From sequence record SRR22947725_4838: a stretch of DNA of 36,940 nucleotides; one strand, 5' to 3'. A model generated the notes under the pieces. That model made no database searches, was not told the origin of the DNA, and saw only the letters and a list, made by a program, of their open reading frames with translations. A program made the translations under genes and the position numbers. Below, piece by piece: positions 17,217 through 26,433 of the stretch (positions within the stretch are counted from its first letter, which is position 1; each line of letters opens with the position of its first letter).

Positions 17217-19033
17217 TGCGCAGATTGCTCAAGTGGATTGATGACCGAACCGGCCTCGAAAAGGTCATTAGGTCCGCGTTGTTCAATGAGATCCCGGGGG
17301 GAGCCAAGTGGCGCCACACCTGGGGAAGCATCCTACTCTTCATGTTAGCTGTGCAAGCCATTACCGGCATGGCTCTTTGGATGTCCTACAGCCCCAGTAC
17401 CCGGTCCGCATGGGAGAGTGTTTACTATATTCAACATGTCATGCAGCTGGGATGGCTTGTGCGAGGTATTCATTACTATGCGGCAGAGGCCATGGTTGTC
17501 CTGGTTTTGTTGCATGTGATTCAGAAAATCTGGTTCAAAGGGTATCGCAAACCCAGAGAATTAATGTTCTGGATTGCCATGGCTATGGCACTTGTTGTCA
17601 TCGGTTTTTCACTGACAGGTTATCTGCTTCCCTGGGATCAACAGGGCTACTGGTCGGCAAAAGTAAGGACTCATATCATGTCATTGAGCCCGGTCTTTGG
17701 CACCTACCTTGAGAGATTGACTATAGGAGGGGAGCATTTCGGGCATCATACCCTCACGCGTTTCTTTGCCTTGCATGCAGGTGTTCTTCCTGTGGTCTTT
17801 TCAGGCCTGTTGCTGGCAAGAATGATGCTGGTGCGTCGATACAGGAAGCAGGCCTTTGAAGAAACAGCCAAGACTGAAGTCAATGTATCTTCGTTCTGGC
17901 CTGGGCAGGCACTCAAAAACGCCATCGCTTGCCTGGCAGTGATGGGATTAGTCATGCTGATGACCCTGAAACCTCAGTGGTTCGGTTTTACTCACATTGG
18001 CATGGGGGCGCCCCTGGCGGCTCCGGCAGATCCCACTGATCTCTACGCAGCCGCAAGACCCGAATGGTACTTTCTGTTCCTGTTCCAATTTTTGAAATAC
18101 TTTCCTGGAGAGAAGGAAGTTCTTGGCGCTATTTTCATTCCCAGCTTGATCCTAGGGTATTTCGTGATCATGCCTTGGGTAGCCAAGGTCAGGATTGGGC
18201 ATTACTTCAACATTCTGGTGAGCATCGGTCTGCTGACTGGCGCATTCTGGCTGACTTACTCGGCAAAGATGGAGGACGCCACTAATGCAAACTACATAGC
18301 GGCCGGGGAGCAAGCCCATGAAAAAGCACAGAGAGCTGTTGAACTCGCATCTGGCCCGACGGGTATCCCGGAACAGGGAGCGCTTCACCTCCTGCACCAT
18401 GACCCTAAGACCCTTGGCCCCATATTGTTCGCAGCACATTGCTCAAGCTGCCATCGTTTTGACGGACACGATGGCACAGGGAAAGTTCCATTGGATACCT
18501 CGAGTGCACCAGATTTAAAAGGCTTTGCCTCGCGCGCCTGGCTGACGGATTTACTGAAGCCTGAGCATATCGCCACCAAACGTTATTTTGGAGAAACAGC
18601 GTTTCGAAATGGAGACATGGTACGCTTCGTTAACAAGAAAGTTTCAAAGTTTGACAAGGAAGAAAAAGTAGCACTGGAGCGCGCTATTAAAGCCCTTTCA
18701 GCTGAAGCCGGTTTAAGCCGGCAGGCAAAGGTTGAAGAGGCAGAGGCGGACCTCATCGTTCTAGGAAAAGAGGATTTAGGATATGAATTAGGCTGTTCTG
18801 ACTGCCATGCATTTCATTTTGAAGACGACGACGCGGATGGACCCGACTTAACTGGTTACGGCTCCAGGGAATGGATGAAATCATTCATTTCCGATCCTGG
18901 TCAGAAACGTTTCTACGGTGAGAACAATGACCGCATGCCCTCTTTCTTGACTGAGGGCATCCTCACCCCGACGGAAATCGGATTGCTGGTCGATTGGCTA
19001 AGGCAGGATTGGTATGAGCCTTTGCCGAAATGA
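17216..19033 (+). CDS. Cytochrome b (b6 + subunit IV-like) fused to a dihaem cytochrome c domain
   Basis: GWLVRGIH...LLH, TGYLLPWDQQGYW, TLTRFFALH and the ARPEWYFLF Qo motif. The C-terminal region has CSSCH, CSDCH and RMP. Confidence 0.93.
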   Translation: MRRLLKWIDDRTGLEKVIRSALFNEIPGGAKWRHTWGSILLFMLAVQAITGMALWMSYSPSTRSAWESVYYIQHVMQLGWLVRGIHYYAAEAMVVLVLLHVIQKIWFKGYRKPRELMFWIAMAMALVVIGFSLTGYLLPWDQQGYWSAKVRTHIMSLSPVFGTYLERLTIGGEHFGHHTLTRFFALHAGVLPVVFSGLLLARMMLVRRYRKQAFEETAKTEVNVSSFWPGQALKNAIACLAVMGLVMLMTLKPQWFGFTHIGMGAPLAAPADPTDLYAAARPEWYFLFLFQFLKYFPGEKEVLGAIFIPSLILGYFVIMPWVAKVRIGHYFNILVSIGLLTGAFWLTYSAKMEDATNANYIAAGEQAHEKAQRAVELASGPTGIPEQGALHLLHHDPKTLGPILFAAHCSSCHRFDGHDGTGKVPLDTSSAPDLKGFASRAWLTDLLKPEHIATKRYFGETAFRNGDMVRFVNKKVSKFDKEEKVALERAIKALSAEAGLSRQAKVEEAEADLIVLGKEDLGYELGCSDCHAFHFEDDDADGPDLTGYGSREWMKSFISDPGQKRFYGENNDRMPSFLTEGILTPTEIGLLVDWLRQDWYEPLPK

Positions 19034-19258
19034 AGAACCATAGGAAGGATTTGGAATGCGAATGACACCGCAACCAATCACAAGTGGATCCGATCATATA
19101 AATAGGAGCGGACTCCAGGAGAACGGTAAAATAGAAGTTCCACCTGCTTTTGCTGATGTCGCGGCTTCAGTTTTCCTGGAAGACCCTTTTTGAAAACAAG
19201 TTACCTGACTTGATCAAGTAACCAATCAAGAAACAAAAGACAAGAAAGTGATTACCAA

Positions 19259-19603
19259 ATGAAATTCGTGCTGACAACGCATAACATAAAATTAACCAAG
19301 TCGATCGAGAATCATCTGCTGGGCCGCATCGACAAGCTTGAGCATTTGGACCGATGGGCGATTGATGCCCGGGTCAACCTTGAACATGACAACACCCGGT
19401 CTCCGGAAAAGCAGTTTAAATGCTCGATACGTCTTGGAGTCAAAGGCAATGATTTATACGCGACCGATTACGAAAATGATTTGTATGCCGCCATTGACCT
19501 TGTCACCAAAAAAATCGAACAACAAATTAGAAAACGACACAGCAAGAAGAAATCGAAAACACAAAGCGAAGCGGCACGCGACAAAAGACGTCGCCAGTCC
19601 TGA
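19259..19603 (+). CDS. hpf: Ribosome hibernation promoting factor / RaiA (short form)
   Basis: HNIKLTKSIENH...KLEH and DLYAAIDLVTKKIEQQIRK, with a basic C-terminal tail. Confidence 0.9.
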   Translation: MKFVLTTHNIKLTKSIENHLLGRIDKLEHLDRWAIDARVNLEHDNTRSPEKQFKCSIRLGVKGNDLYATDYENDLYAAIDLVTKKIEQQIRKRHSKKKSKTQSEAARDKRRRQS

Positions 19604-19724
19604 TTCTGATCATTGTGACGCATCATGCGTTTGGATTTGAGAGCCGCTTGATATCTTTCAAGCGGTTTTCTTTTGTGCCCCACTCCTTAATTCTCAAGCA
19701 AAACCTTTGCGGTCAATAAATGCC

Positions 19725-20981
19725 ATGCAAGACAAACTGATCATTCGCAGCCGAGCCATTCTCCCCATTGAGAGGCCTCCGCTTTTCAATGGTGCATTGG
19801 TGATGCAGGGAGATAAAATACTGGCAGTCGATGACTGGGCAAAAGTGAGGCGGGAATTTGTGGGAACTGTCCTCGATCTAGGCGAGCAGGTCATGCTTCC
19901 GGGACTTATCAACGCGCATTGTCATCTGGACTATACTTTGATGGCTGGGAAAATTAAAAAGCCCACGTCGTTCACCTCATGGATCCAATCCATGATCAAA
20001 CAAAAACGTGCATGGAATGAAAAGGATTTCCAGGATTCATGGATCTCAGGTTATCAAAAACTCATTCAAAGTGGAACTACGCTGGTTGCTGATACAGTCT
20101 CTCATCCATCGAGATTTGATCCACGCAATCTTCCACGCGGCCCCAGATTGTTTCCTTTCTACGAACTCATACACCTTCAGGATACGCCTCTGGACGCGAA
20201 TGTTCTGACCATGAGCGCCCGTCATGCGGCGCTATTTGAAAAAACAAAAGGTGATAAAGCCGGAATCTCTCCGCATGCACCCTACACTACTAGTCCCGAA
20301 TTATGGAGGTCACTGAAGCGAGCCCCCACCTTGTGCAATCTGCCGATCTCCATGCATTTGTCAGAATCCATCGAAGAATACGACCTCTTCAAGCATCGTA
20401 AGGGGCCGATGTATGAGTGGTTCAATTCAATCAAACATTTACCTGAATGGGGGACCGGCAGCCCGATTCAACTGATGGATCAAGCAGGCATTTTGAAAAA
20501 AAATGGTATTGCAGTGCATGTTAACTGCCTGGATGAAGGCGATGTTGAAAGGTTGGTTCAAAACAATATGCACATTGTACATTGTCCAAGAAGCCATGCC
20601 TATTTCGCCCATCCAACATTCCAGATCAATGATTTACAATCCAAAAACCTCAATATTGCACTGGGAACGGATAGCTTGGCATCGGTGACAGATGAAGATT
20701 CACCAAACAGCTTGAGCCTTTTCGACGAAATGCGCAAATTACTGGTGGGAGAAAACGCAGTTAAACCGGAATGCATTTTAAAAATGTCTACCCTCAATGG
20801 GGCCAAAGCTCTTGGTTTACAGGGTGAAGCTGGTAGCCTTGAGGCCGGCAAGCGAGCTGATTGGATCAGTTTACCATGGAACGGCAAAAAGGAATCCTTA
20901 GCAGAGCATGCCATAGGCAGCCTGGAGCCAGTTTCCTGTGTTTTTTTGGGAGGCAAGGAAATTTCCCGCTCATTCCATTGA
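19725..20981 (+). CDS. Metal-dependent amidohydrolase (MTA/SAH deaminase / aminodeoxyfutalosine deaminase-like)
   Basis: LPGLINAHCHLDY, SGTT, SPHAPY, MHLSES, HCPRS, LGTDSLAS, TLNGAKALG and GSLEAGKRAD. Alternative start at TTG 19707. Confidence 0.88.
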   Translation: MQDKLIIRSRAILPIERPPLFNGALVMQGDKILAVDDWAKVRREFVGTVLDLGEQVMLPGLINAHCHLDYTLMAGKIKKPTSFTSWIQSMIKQKRAWNEKDFQDSWISGYQKLIQSGTTLVADTVSHPSRFDPRNLPRGPRLFPFYELIHLQDTPLDANVLTMSARHAALFEKTKGDKAGISPHAPYTTSPELWRSLKRAPTLCNLPISMHLSESIEEYDLFKHRKGPMYEWFNSIKHLPEWGTGSPIQLMDQAGILKKNGIAVHVNCLDEGDVERLVQNNMHIVHCPRSHAYFAHPTFQINDLQSKNLNIALGTDSLASVTDEDSPNSLSLFDEMRKLLVGENAVKPECILKMSTLNGAKALGLQGEAGSLEAGKRADWISLPWNGKKESLAEHAIGSLEPVSCVFLGGKEISRSFH

Positions 20982-21109
20982 ATGCAGAAGAAGGATCTTG
21001 CGTCAAAAATCAAGCTTTCGTGGTATCTTGGGCATTGACCATGGCCGTGGATGAGCTACGATATCAACAGCCCATTAATGACAGTATCATTATATAGATT
21101 TTAAGTCTT

Positions 21110-22495
21110 ATGGAAAACAATCAAAAGCAAACACAGGTCGGCGGTGAGGATTCCCGCCGAGATTTCATCAAGAAGGCTTCGACTGCCGCCGCGGTCGTTG
21201 CTTCTTCAAACATTGCCAAAACTCCGGTTTATGGTCAAAGCCAAGCTCCATCCACAGGAAGGGTCATTGGTGCTAACGAGCGAGTCAATATAGGTTACAT
21301 TGGTGTTGGCGGACAAGGCCAAGCGCACGTTCGCAGCATGAAAGGCCACAAGGGCGACAGCAATCTAGCTCAGATTGCTGTCTGTGATATTTCTCAATCT
21401 CGCATGGATCAGGCGGAGGGCATCATTGGCGAAAAAGTAGGCCGTTACGTAGATCACCGCAAGCTGCTTGAAGACAAGGATATCGATGCGGTTTGCATTG
21501 CTACCGTGGATCACTGGCACACTCCCTGTGCAGTAGATGCAATGAATTTGGGCAAGGATGTCTATGTGGAGAAGCCCATGACCCGTTACCTGCATGAAGC
21601 ATGGGAGATCCAGGACACCGTCAAACGCACGGGCCGTCTGGTTCAGGTGGGTTCACAAGGTTGTTCTGCCAGAAAATACCACAAGGCTGCGGAAGTCATC
21701 CAATCCGGTATGATTGGACCTCTCGTCATGGGAACGACTTCCTACATGCGCAACAACCCCAAGGGTGAGTGGAATTACACCATCCGCGACTGGGCAACCC
21801 CGGACGACATGGATTGGAACCGCTGGATGGGCGGCGTGAACAAGAAGATCCCCTTCAACGCAGATCACTATTTCCGCTGGCGCAAGTATTACCCTTATTG
21901 TGCGGGTTTGCTGGGTGACCTGTTGCCTCACCTGTTGCATCCTTACATGCTGGCAACTGGAGCTCCTGAATATCCGGCTCGCGTCGTTAGCCTTGGAAAC
22001 AAAGCACTTCGGACCGATAAAAACACTCCGGGCACCTACGAGCGTGATGTGGATGAGAACGTGCAGGCAATCATTGAATTCCCAAGCGGATTCAATCTGG
22101 TGGTTGCAAGCGCTACGGTCAATGAGTACAACATGACTGAAACCATACGCGGTCATCATGGCACCTTGCTGATGGGTGGTATTGGAGCCAACAAGATCGA
22201 GCTTCGTCCAGAGCGTAAGTTTTCTGATGAAGTCGATCCCGAGGTATTCGACAACCTGTTGCCGGGTGAAGCCATTTCTCACCACGAGAAAAACTGGATC
22301 GAATGTATCCGAACCCGTAAACAGCCTAACTGTGGCATCGATCTCGCAGTGAAAGTTCAAACGGTTATTTCCCTCGCTGAAATGTCTGATCGCTTGAGTA
22401 TCATGTGCGTTTACGACGAGAAGAATCGCAAGATCACCACTGCCGACGGCAAAGAAGTCAAGCCGCTCACTTACGGAAGTTTGGATCTTTCTTAA
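21110..22495 (+). CDS. Tat-exported Gfo/Idh/MocA family oxidoreductase
   Basis: SRRDFIK Tat motif, IGYIGVGGQG Rossmann motif, DAVCIATVDHWH, KDVYVEKP and QVGSQ. Confidence 0.93.
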   Translation: MENNQKQTQVGGEDSRRDFIKKASTAAAVVASSNIAKTPVYGQSQAPSTGRVIGANERVNIGYIGVGGQGQAHVRSMKGHKGDSNLAQIAVCDISQSRMDQAEGIIGEKVGRYVDHRKLLEDKDIDAVCIATVDHWHTPCAVDAMNLGKDVYVEKPMTRYLHEAWEIQDTVKRTGRLVQVGSQGCSARKYHKAAEVIQSGMIGPLVMGTTSYMRNNPKGEWNYTIRDWATPDDMDWNRWMGGVNKKIPFNADHYFRWRKYYPYCAGLLGDLLPHLLHPYMLATGAPEYPARVVSLGNKALRTDKNTPGTYERDVDENVQAIIEFPSGFNLVVASATVNEYNMTETIRGHHGTLLMGGIGANKIELRPERKFSDEVDPEVFDNLLPGEAISHHEKNWIECIRTRKQPNCGIDLAVKVQTVISLAEMSDRLSIMCVYDEKNRKITTADGKEVKPLTYGSLDLS

Positions 22496-22520
22496 TCGAA
22501 ATTAAATCTCATCTTTAGTG

Positions 22521-22553
22521 AAAGGGTTCCACCCCATCGGTGGAACCCTTTTT
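22521..22553 (+). terminator. Intrinsic terminator
   Basis: AAAGGGTTCCACC-CCATC-GGTGGAACCCTTTTT lies just downstream of the oxidoreductase stop. Confidence 0.85.
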
Positions 22554-22576
22554 CATGCACCAATCTTTAACTTTAT

Positions 22577-23605
22577 TTGAATCATCTAATGGTAACCGTA
22601 CGCGCCGCACGCATGGCCATGGCCACTCGATTTGAAGTCGTTCTCAATGGCGAAAAAGAATCCTGGCTACAATCCGTCGCAGAAGAGGTATTGGATGAAA
22701 TCGAAAAAATGGAGGCAAAATTAAGCCTTTATAATCCTGCCAGTCAAATTGCACGGGCAAACCATCAAGCAGCCGTTTCACCCGTCAAAGTTGATCCATT
22801 GGTCTTCGGCCTCCTTCAGCGTTGCAAAACCTTGTCAGAAAAAACCAACGGGGCATTCGATATTACCATGGGCCCCTTGATCAAATGCTGGGGATTCATG
22901 AAAGGCACTGGCGAATGCCCGTCAGAGGATGCCATCGCCAGAGCAATGAACCTGGTGGGAATGCAGCATGTACACCTCGACCCAACGGATTATACCGTTC
23001 GTTTTGATAAAGAAGGGATCATGCTGGACCTGGGAGCGGTGGGCAAAGGCTACGCACTCGAAGTTGCCTCGGAAATACTTCTCGATTTTGAGATCAAAAG
23101 CGGAATCATCCACGGGGGAACAAGCACTATCAGCGCGATCGGGACCCCTCCTGAGGACGATGCCTGGCATATCGCCCTCATCAAGCCTGAAAGCGATCCA
23201 GCGTTCCCCTATTACGTGGAAGAAAAAAACACACAAACAAAGTATCAATCACAAGATCTGCTGACAGTAGTCCCTCTGGTTGATCAAAGTCTTTCGGTTT
23301 CAGCGATCTGGGGCAAGTCATTCCAATCGAACAACCGCACTTTGGGTCACGTCATTGATGGCCGCACAGGACAACCGGCGCAGGGACATTGGATAGCTGG
23401 GCTCGTTTGTGGGAACACAACCGATTCTGATGCCCTTTCCACAGCCATGCTTGTGGATGGATTCGAGGCGATCAACGCCATTCAATCCATCCACCCTCAA
23501 GCCCGATGGCTGTTGGTCAATCAGGGGCAATCTGAATCAGGTTACGATGTCCACCTGAAAGGATTGACACTCAAGTCAGACGAGCTCCCTCATTCCAAAG
23601 CGTAG
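22577..23605 (+). CDS. apbE: FAD:protein FMN transferase (ApbE family), no obvious signal peptide
   Basis: AMATRF, SLYNPASQIARAN, TNGAFDITMGPL, LDLGAVGKGY, GHVIDGRTG and SDALSTA. Confidence 0.9.
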   Translation: MNHLMVTVRAARMAMATRFEVVLNGEKESWLQSVAEEVLDEIEKMEAKLSLYNPASQIARANHQAAVSPVKVDPLVFGLLQRCKTLSEKTNGAFDITMGPLIKCWGFMKGTGECPSEDAIARAMNLVGMQHVHLDPTDYTVRFDKEGIMLDLGAVGKGYALEVASEILLDFEIKSGIIHGGTSTISAIGTPPEDDAWHIALIKPESDPAFPYYVEEKNTQTKYQSQDLLTVVPLVDQSLSVSAIWGKSFQSNNRTLGHVIDGRTGQPAQGHWIAGLVCGNTTDSDALSTAMLVDGFEAINAIQSIHPQARWLLVNQGQSESGYDVHLKGLTLKSDELPHSKA

Positions 23606-23617
23606 GTCGCTATAAAC

Positions 23618-25180
23618 TCATTTACCACGACCTTCCCACCATCCGCCACGGGGTACATAATCAGGTCTTAATACAGCAGCATGACCTCGTTCCAGAGCTG
23701 GAAGGGCTTTGGTGCGTGTTTGAATTTGCTGCTTACGGTAAAGTTCTTTGTCATATTTGGGATTCAGGAAAGGCATCCGTGCATCCGTTTCCTGCAGCCA
23801 TGCCACCAATTTTTGAAACATGACCTGCACTTTGTCTTTGTGCTCGTCCGCCAAATCATGTTGCTCTCCTGCATCTTCAGAGAGTCGGTATAGTTCACAT
23901 CGGCCATCCTCGTGATAATAAATCAACTTCCAATCCCCTTCCCTCATGATAGATGAAGGTTCGCCTCCCTGATTGCCGTAATGAGGATAATGCCAGAATA
24001 AAGGACGATCTGAAATCTCTCCTCCCTTGAGAACAGGAACAAGACTAAGCCCGTCCACATGCTGTGTGGGACGCATGGGGAGCCCTGCCATTTCCATCAG
24101 GGTCGGGTAAAAATCGGTTCCAATCGCAGGAACATCCGTCACAGAATTCGCTTGAACGACTCCAGGCCATTTAATGAAGTAAGGCTCACGGATTCCACCT
24201 TCCCATTGACGTCCCTTGCCTCCACGAAAAGGTAGATTGGACGTGGCTTTGCCATCTCCGGCAGAAACGCCACCGTTATCTGATGTAAAAACAACGATGG
24301 TGTTTTCATCCAATCCCAGACGATCCAATGTTTCCAGGACCAAACCTACAGCCATGTCCATGGCCTCCACCATTCCGCCATAAACCGGATGGTCCTGTAC
24401 CTGTCGCACGGGAGACGTACGGTCAATGATGAATCGATGATTAGGTTTGCGTTCTTTCGAAGCTTTATCGCGATATTTAGCCCACAGAGCCTCGGTTGTT
24501 TCCAGTGGGGCGTGCACCATATAAAAAGACAGATATGCGAGGAATGGACGATCCTTGTTTTCTTCAATAAATGTTGCCGTTTCTTGACCGAGCCTCAGAG
24601 GCAAGTATTCACCAGCAGGACCGGATTCCATTTTTGGATTCGTGTAGGGGGAAAAAAAACCACCTGGAGGCGAACCTCGATGATGTCCTCCCACATTGAT
24701 ATCAAAGCCATGATCTTCAGGAAAACTTCCTTCACCTCCCAAATGCCATTTACCGGCAAAAAACGTACGGTAACCACCTTCTCGAAAGGCTTCGGCCAAG
24801 GTCGTCTCATCCGGTGAAAGCTGATGATGATAGTGAGCGGGAAGCAGTTTGGTATTGCGCTTCCAGTCTGTCCCGGCTGCAGCTCCAATCCAATCCGTGA
24901 TGGCCAATCGAGCAGGGTATTTACCCGTCATGATGCTTGCTCTGGATGGACTGCAAACCTGACAGGTCGCATATCCCTGGCGAAAACGCATCCCCTCTCG
25001 ACCGATGCGGTCAATATTCGGAGTTTCGTAAAAAGTGCTTCCCTGAATGGAAAGATCACGCCAACCTAAATCGTCAGCGAGAATGAAAACTACATTCGGA
25101 CGATCCGCCGCCTTGATTTGTGTGACCATGATCAGGGCCCCAGCAACCATCATGGCACGAAGGAAATAATGAATTCGCAT
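23618..25180 (-). CDS. Secreted formylglycine-dependent sulfatase (Cys-type, S1 family)
   Basis: RPNVVFILADDLG, CSPSRASIMTG, GKWHLG, FTSDNGG, GGKGRQWEGGIREP and WHYPHY. Start placed at ATG 25180, ahead of the signal peptide; the ORF track extends it to 25348. Confidence 0.95.
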   Translation of the reverse strand: MRIHYFLRAMMVAGALIMVTQIKAADRPNVVFILADDLGWRDLSIQGSTFYETPNIDRIGREGMRFRQGYATCQVCSPSRASIMTGKYPARLAITDWIGAAAGTDWKRNTKLLPAHYHHQLSPDETTLAEAFREGGYRTFFAGKWHLGGEGSFPEDHGFDINVGGHHRGSPPGGFFSPYTNPKMESGPAGEYLPLRLGQETATFIEENKDRPFLAYLSFYMVHAPLETTEALWAKYRDKASKERKPNHRFIIDRTSPVRQVQDHPVYGGMVEAMDMAVGLVLETLDRLGLDENTIVVFTSDNGGVSAGDGKATSNLPFRGGKGRQWEGGIREPYFIKWPGVVQANSVTDVPAIGTDFYPTLMEMAGLPMRPTQHVDGLSLVPVLKGGEISDRPLFWHYPHYGNQGGEPSSIMREGDWKLIYYHEDGRCELYRLSEDAGEQHDLADEHKDKVQVMFQKLVAWLQETDARMPFLNPKYDKELYRKQQIQTRTKALPALERGHAAVLRPDYVPRGGWWEGRGK

Positions 25181-25401
25181 GGTCAAACTATACCTTGGAT
25201 GAACGAACGAAATCAACCATCGGTTTACCGATATACCTGAGTTCAATAAGCCCCACACAGCGTGGTCACTGCTTGAAAATCCTCCCCCTTCAGTAAGGTG
25301 GTTACTCAGCGAATAAAGGGCATCAGGCCGACAAATCGTATGTTCCAACGTTCATGCAATAATCGTTGAAATACATAAGCCAACCAGAGCCAAGTGAACT
25401 C

Positions 25402-26433
25402 ATGAAAAAAAAGCAATACAGCAGGTACATCATACCTTCAATCCTCAGGACGCTTTACCTTTTTAGCATGATCCTTGGAGGGCAAACCTTGGAGTTGTTT
25501 GCTGCAGATAAAGATACCCTTATACAGCAGCTTGAATCAGTAACGTTGGCAGACGTTCGAAGTTATCAGTTAAAAACGACGCAGGAAAGAAGTATGGATT
25601 GCCTGAAAGTGTTCCAACCTCAGCAACATGGTCAGGGAGCCATTTATTATGGTTTATTCCACAATATGGAGAAAGGAGTGTTTAACATACATCTGGCTGA
25701 ATCAAATGATCTACTCATATGGAAGGAAATAAAATTACTGGATACACACGCATCCCAGCCTACCATTTTCCCATGCAGAGAGGGTGGCTTTTTAATGGCT
25801 TATGAAAAGGATGCGCCCAGATCATGCTGGATCAGGTTGCGCTATTATGAAAACCTGACTCACCTACTGGAGGGTAGATACACCAACGAAAATGATATCC
25901 CGAGATCACTTGCTCCCACCGCTGAAGGAACTCCCAGTTTCGAATCGGTGGTAATGGGACCAAAGGGGATCAATCATTCGAAGATTCGCCTTCGCTTTCA
26001 TTACTTCAAGCATGTTCGAGTTGATCAACTTGCTATGGGCACACTGACCGATTTCAAGCATTGGCAGGCCAAGCCTTCCGTATACATCAATGAGGCATTG
26101 ATCAAAAGCGGATGGAACGGCAATTTAGGAGACCGTGATCCGTTCAACTGGAAAGACAAAACGTATATCCTTCAGGAAACCCAGAGAAACCGCAACGACT
26201 GGAGCTCCTGGAGAATCAATCTTTGTGATGAAAAAGGTATGCCGATCCGCACGCTTGCAATCAAGACTGATCAACATTCACGGGCATTTGCCAATCCTAA
26301 TGCTACATGGGTCACGGACTCGAATAATCAACAGAAACTGGTCATCACATTGTTCCTGCCATCTGAAGGCAATGCTCCAGAGGAAGCAGGCACTTTGCTT
26401 TACGTGATCAATTCACCCTCAAAGCGTGAGTAA
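25402..26433 (+). CDS. Exported hypothetical protein, beta-rich (possible beta-propeller)
   Basis: Long ORF with a signal-like N-terminus ending in LFA. Has an Asp-box-like AESNDLLIW and short beta-strand patterns (AEGTP, GDRD, FANP). No named family recognised. Confidence 0.7.
   Translation: MKKKQYSRYIIPSILRTLYLFSMILGGQTLELFAADKDTLIQQLESVTLADVRSYQLKTTQERSMDCLKVFQPQQHGQGAIYYGLFHNMEKGVFNIHLAESNDLLIWKEIKLLDTHASQPTIFPCREGGFLMAYEKDAPRSCWIRLRYYENLTHLLEGRYTNENDIPRSLAPTAEGTPSFESVVMGPKGINHSKIRLRFHYFKHVRVDQLAMGTLTDFKHWQAKPSVYINEALIKSGWNGNLGDRDPFNWKDKTYILQETQRNRNDWSSWRINLCDEKGMPIRTLAIKTDQHSRAFANPNATWVTDSNNQQKLVITLFLPSEGNAPEEAGTLLYVINSPSKRE

Noticed and set aside
19034..19258. Known raiA-motif ncRNA upstream of hpf/raiA
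   Set aside because: The sequence does not resemble the raiA motif RNA as I recall it, and that RNA is described from Firmicutes and Actinobacteria. Only generic stems are seen.
21653..22360. 235-aa antisense ORF inside the Gfo/Idh/MocA gene
   Set aside because: Shadow ORF on the opposite strand of a well-supported, codon-biased gene, with no recognisable motifs.
25181..25348. 56-aa N-terminal extension of the sulfatase ORF
   Set aside because: The signal peptide begins at ATG 25180. The extension is probably untranslated divergent promoter region.
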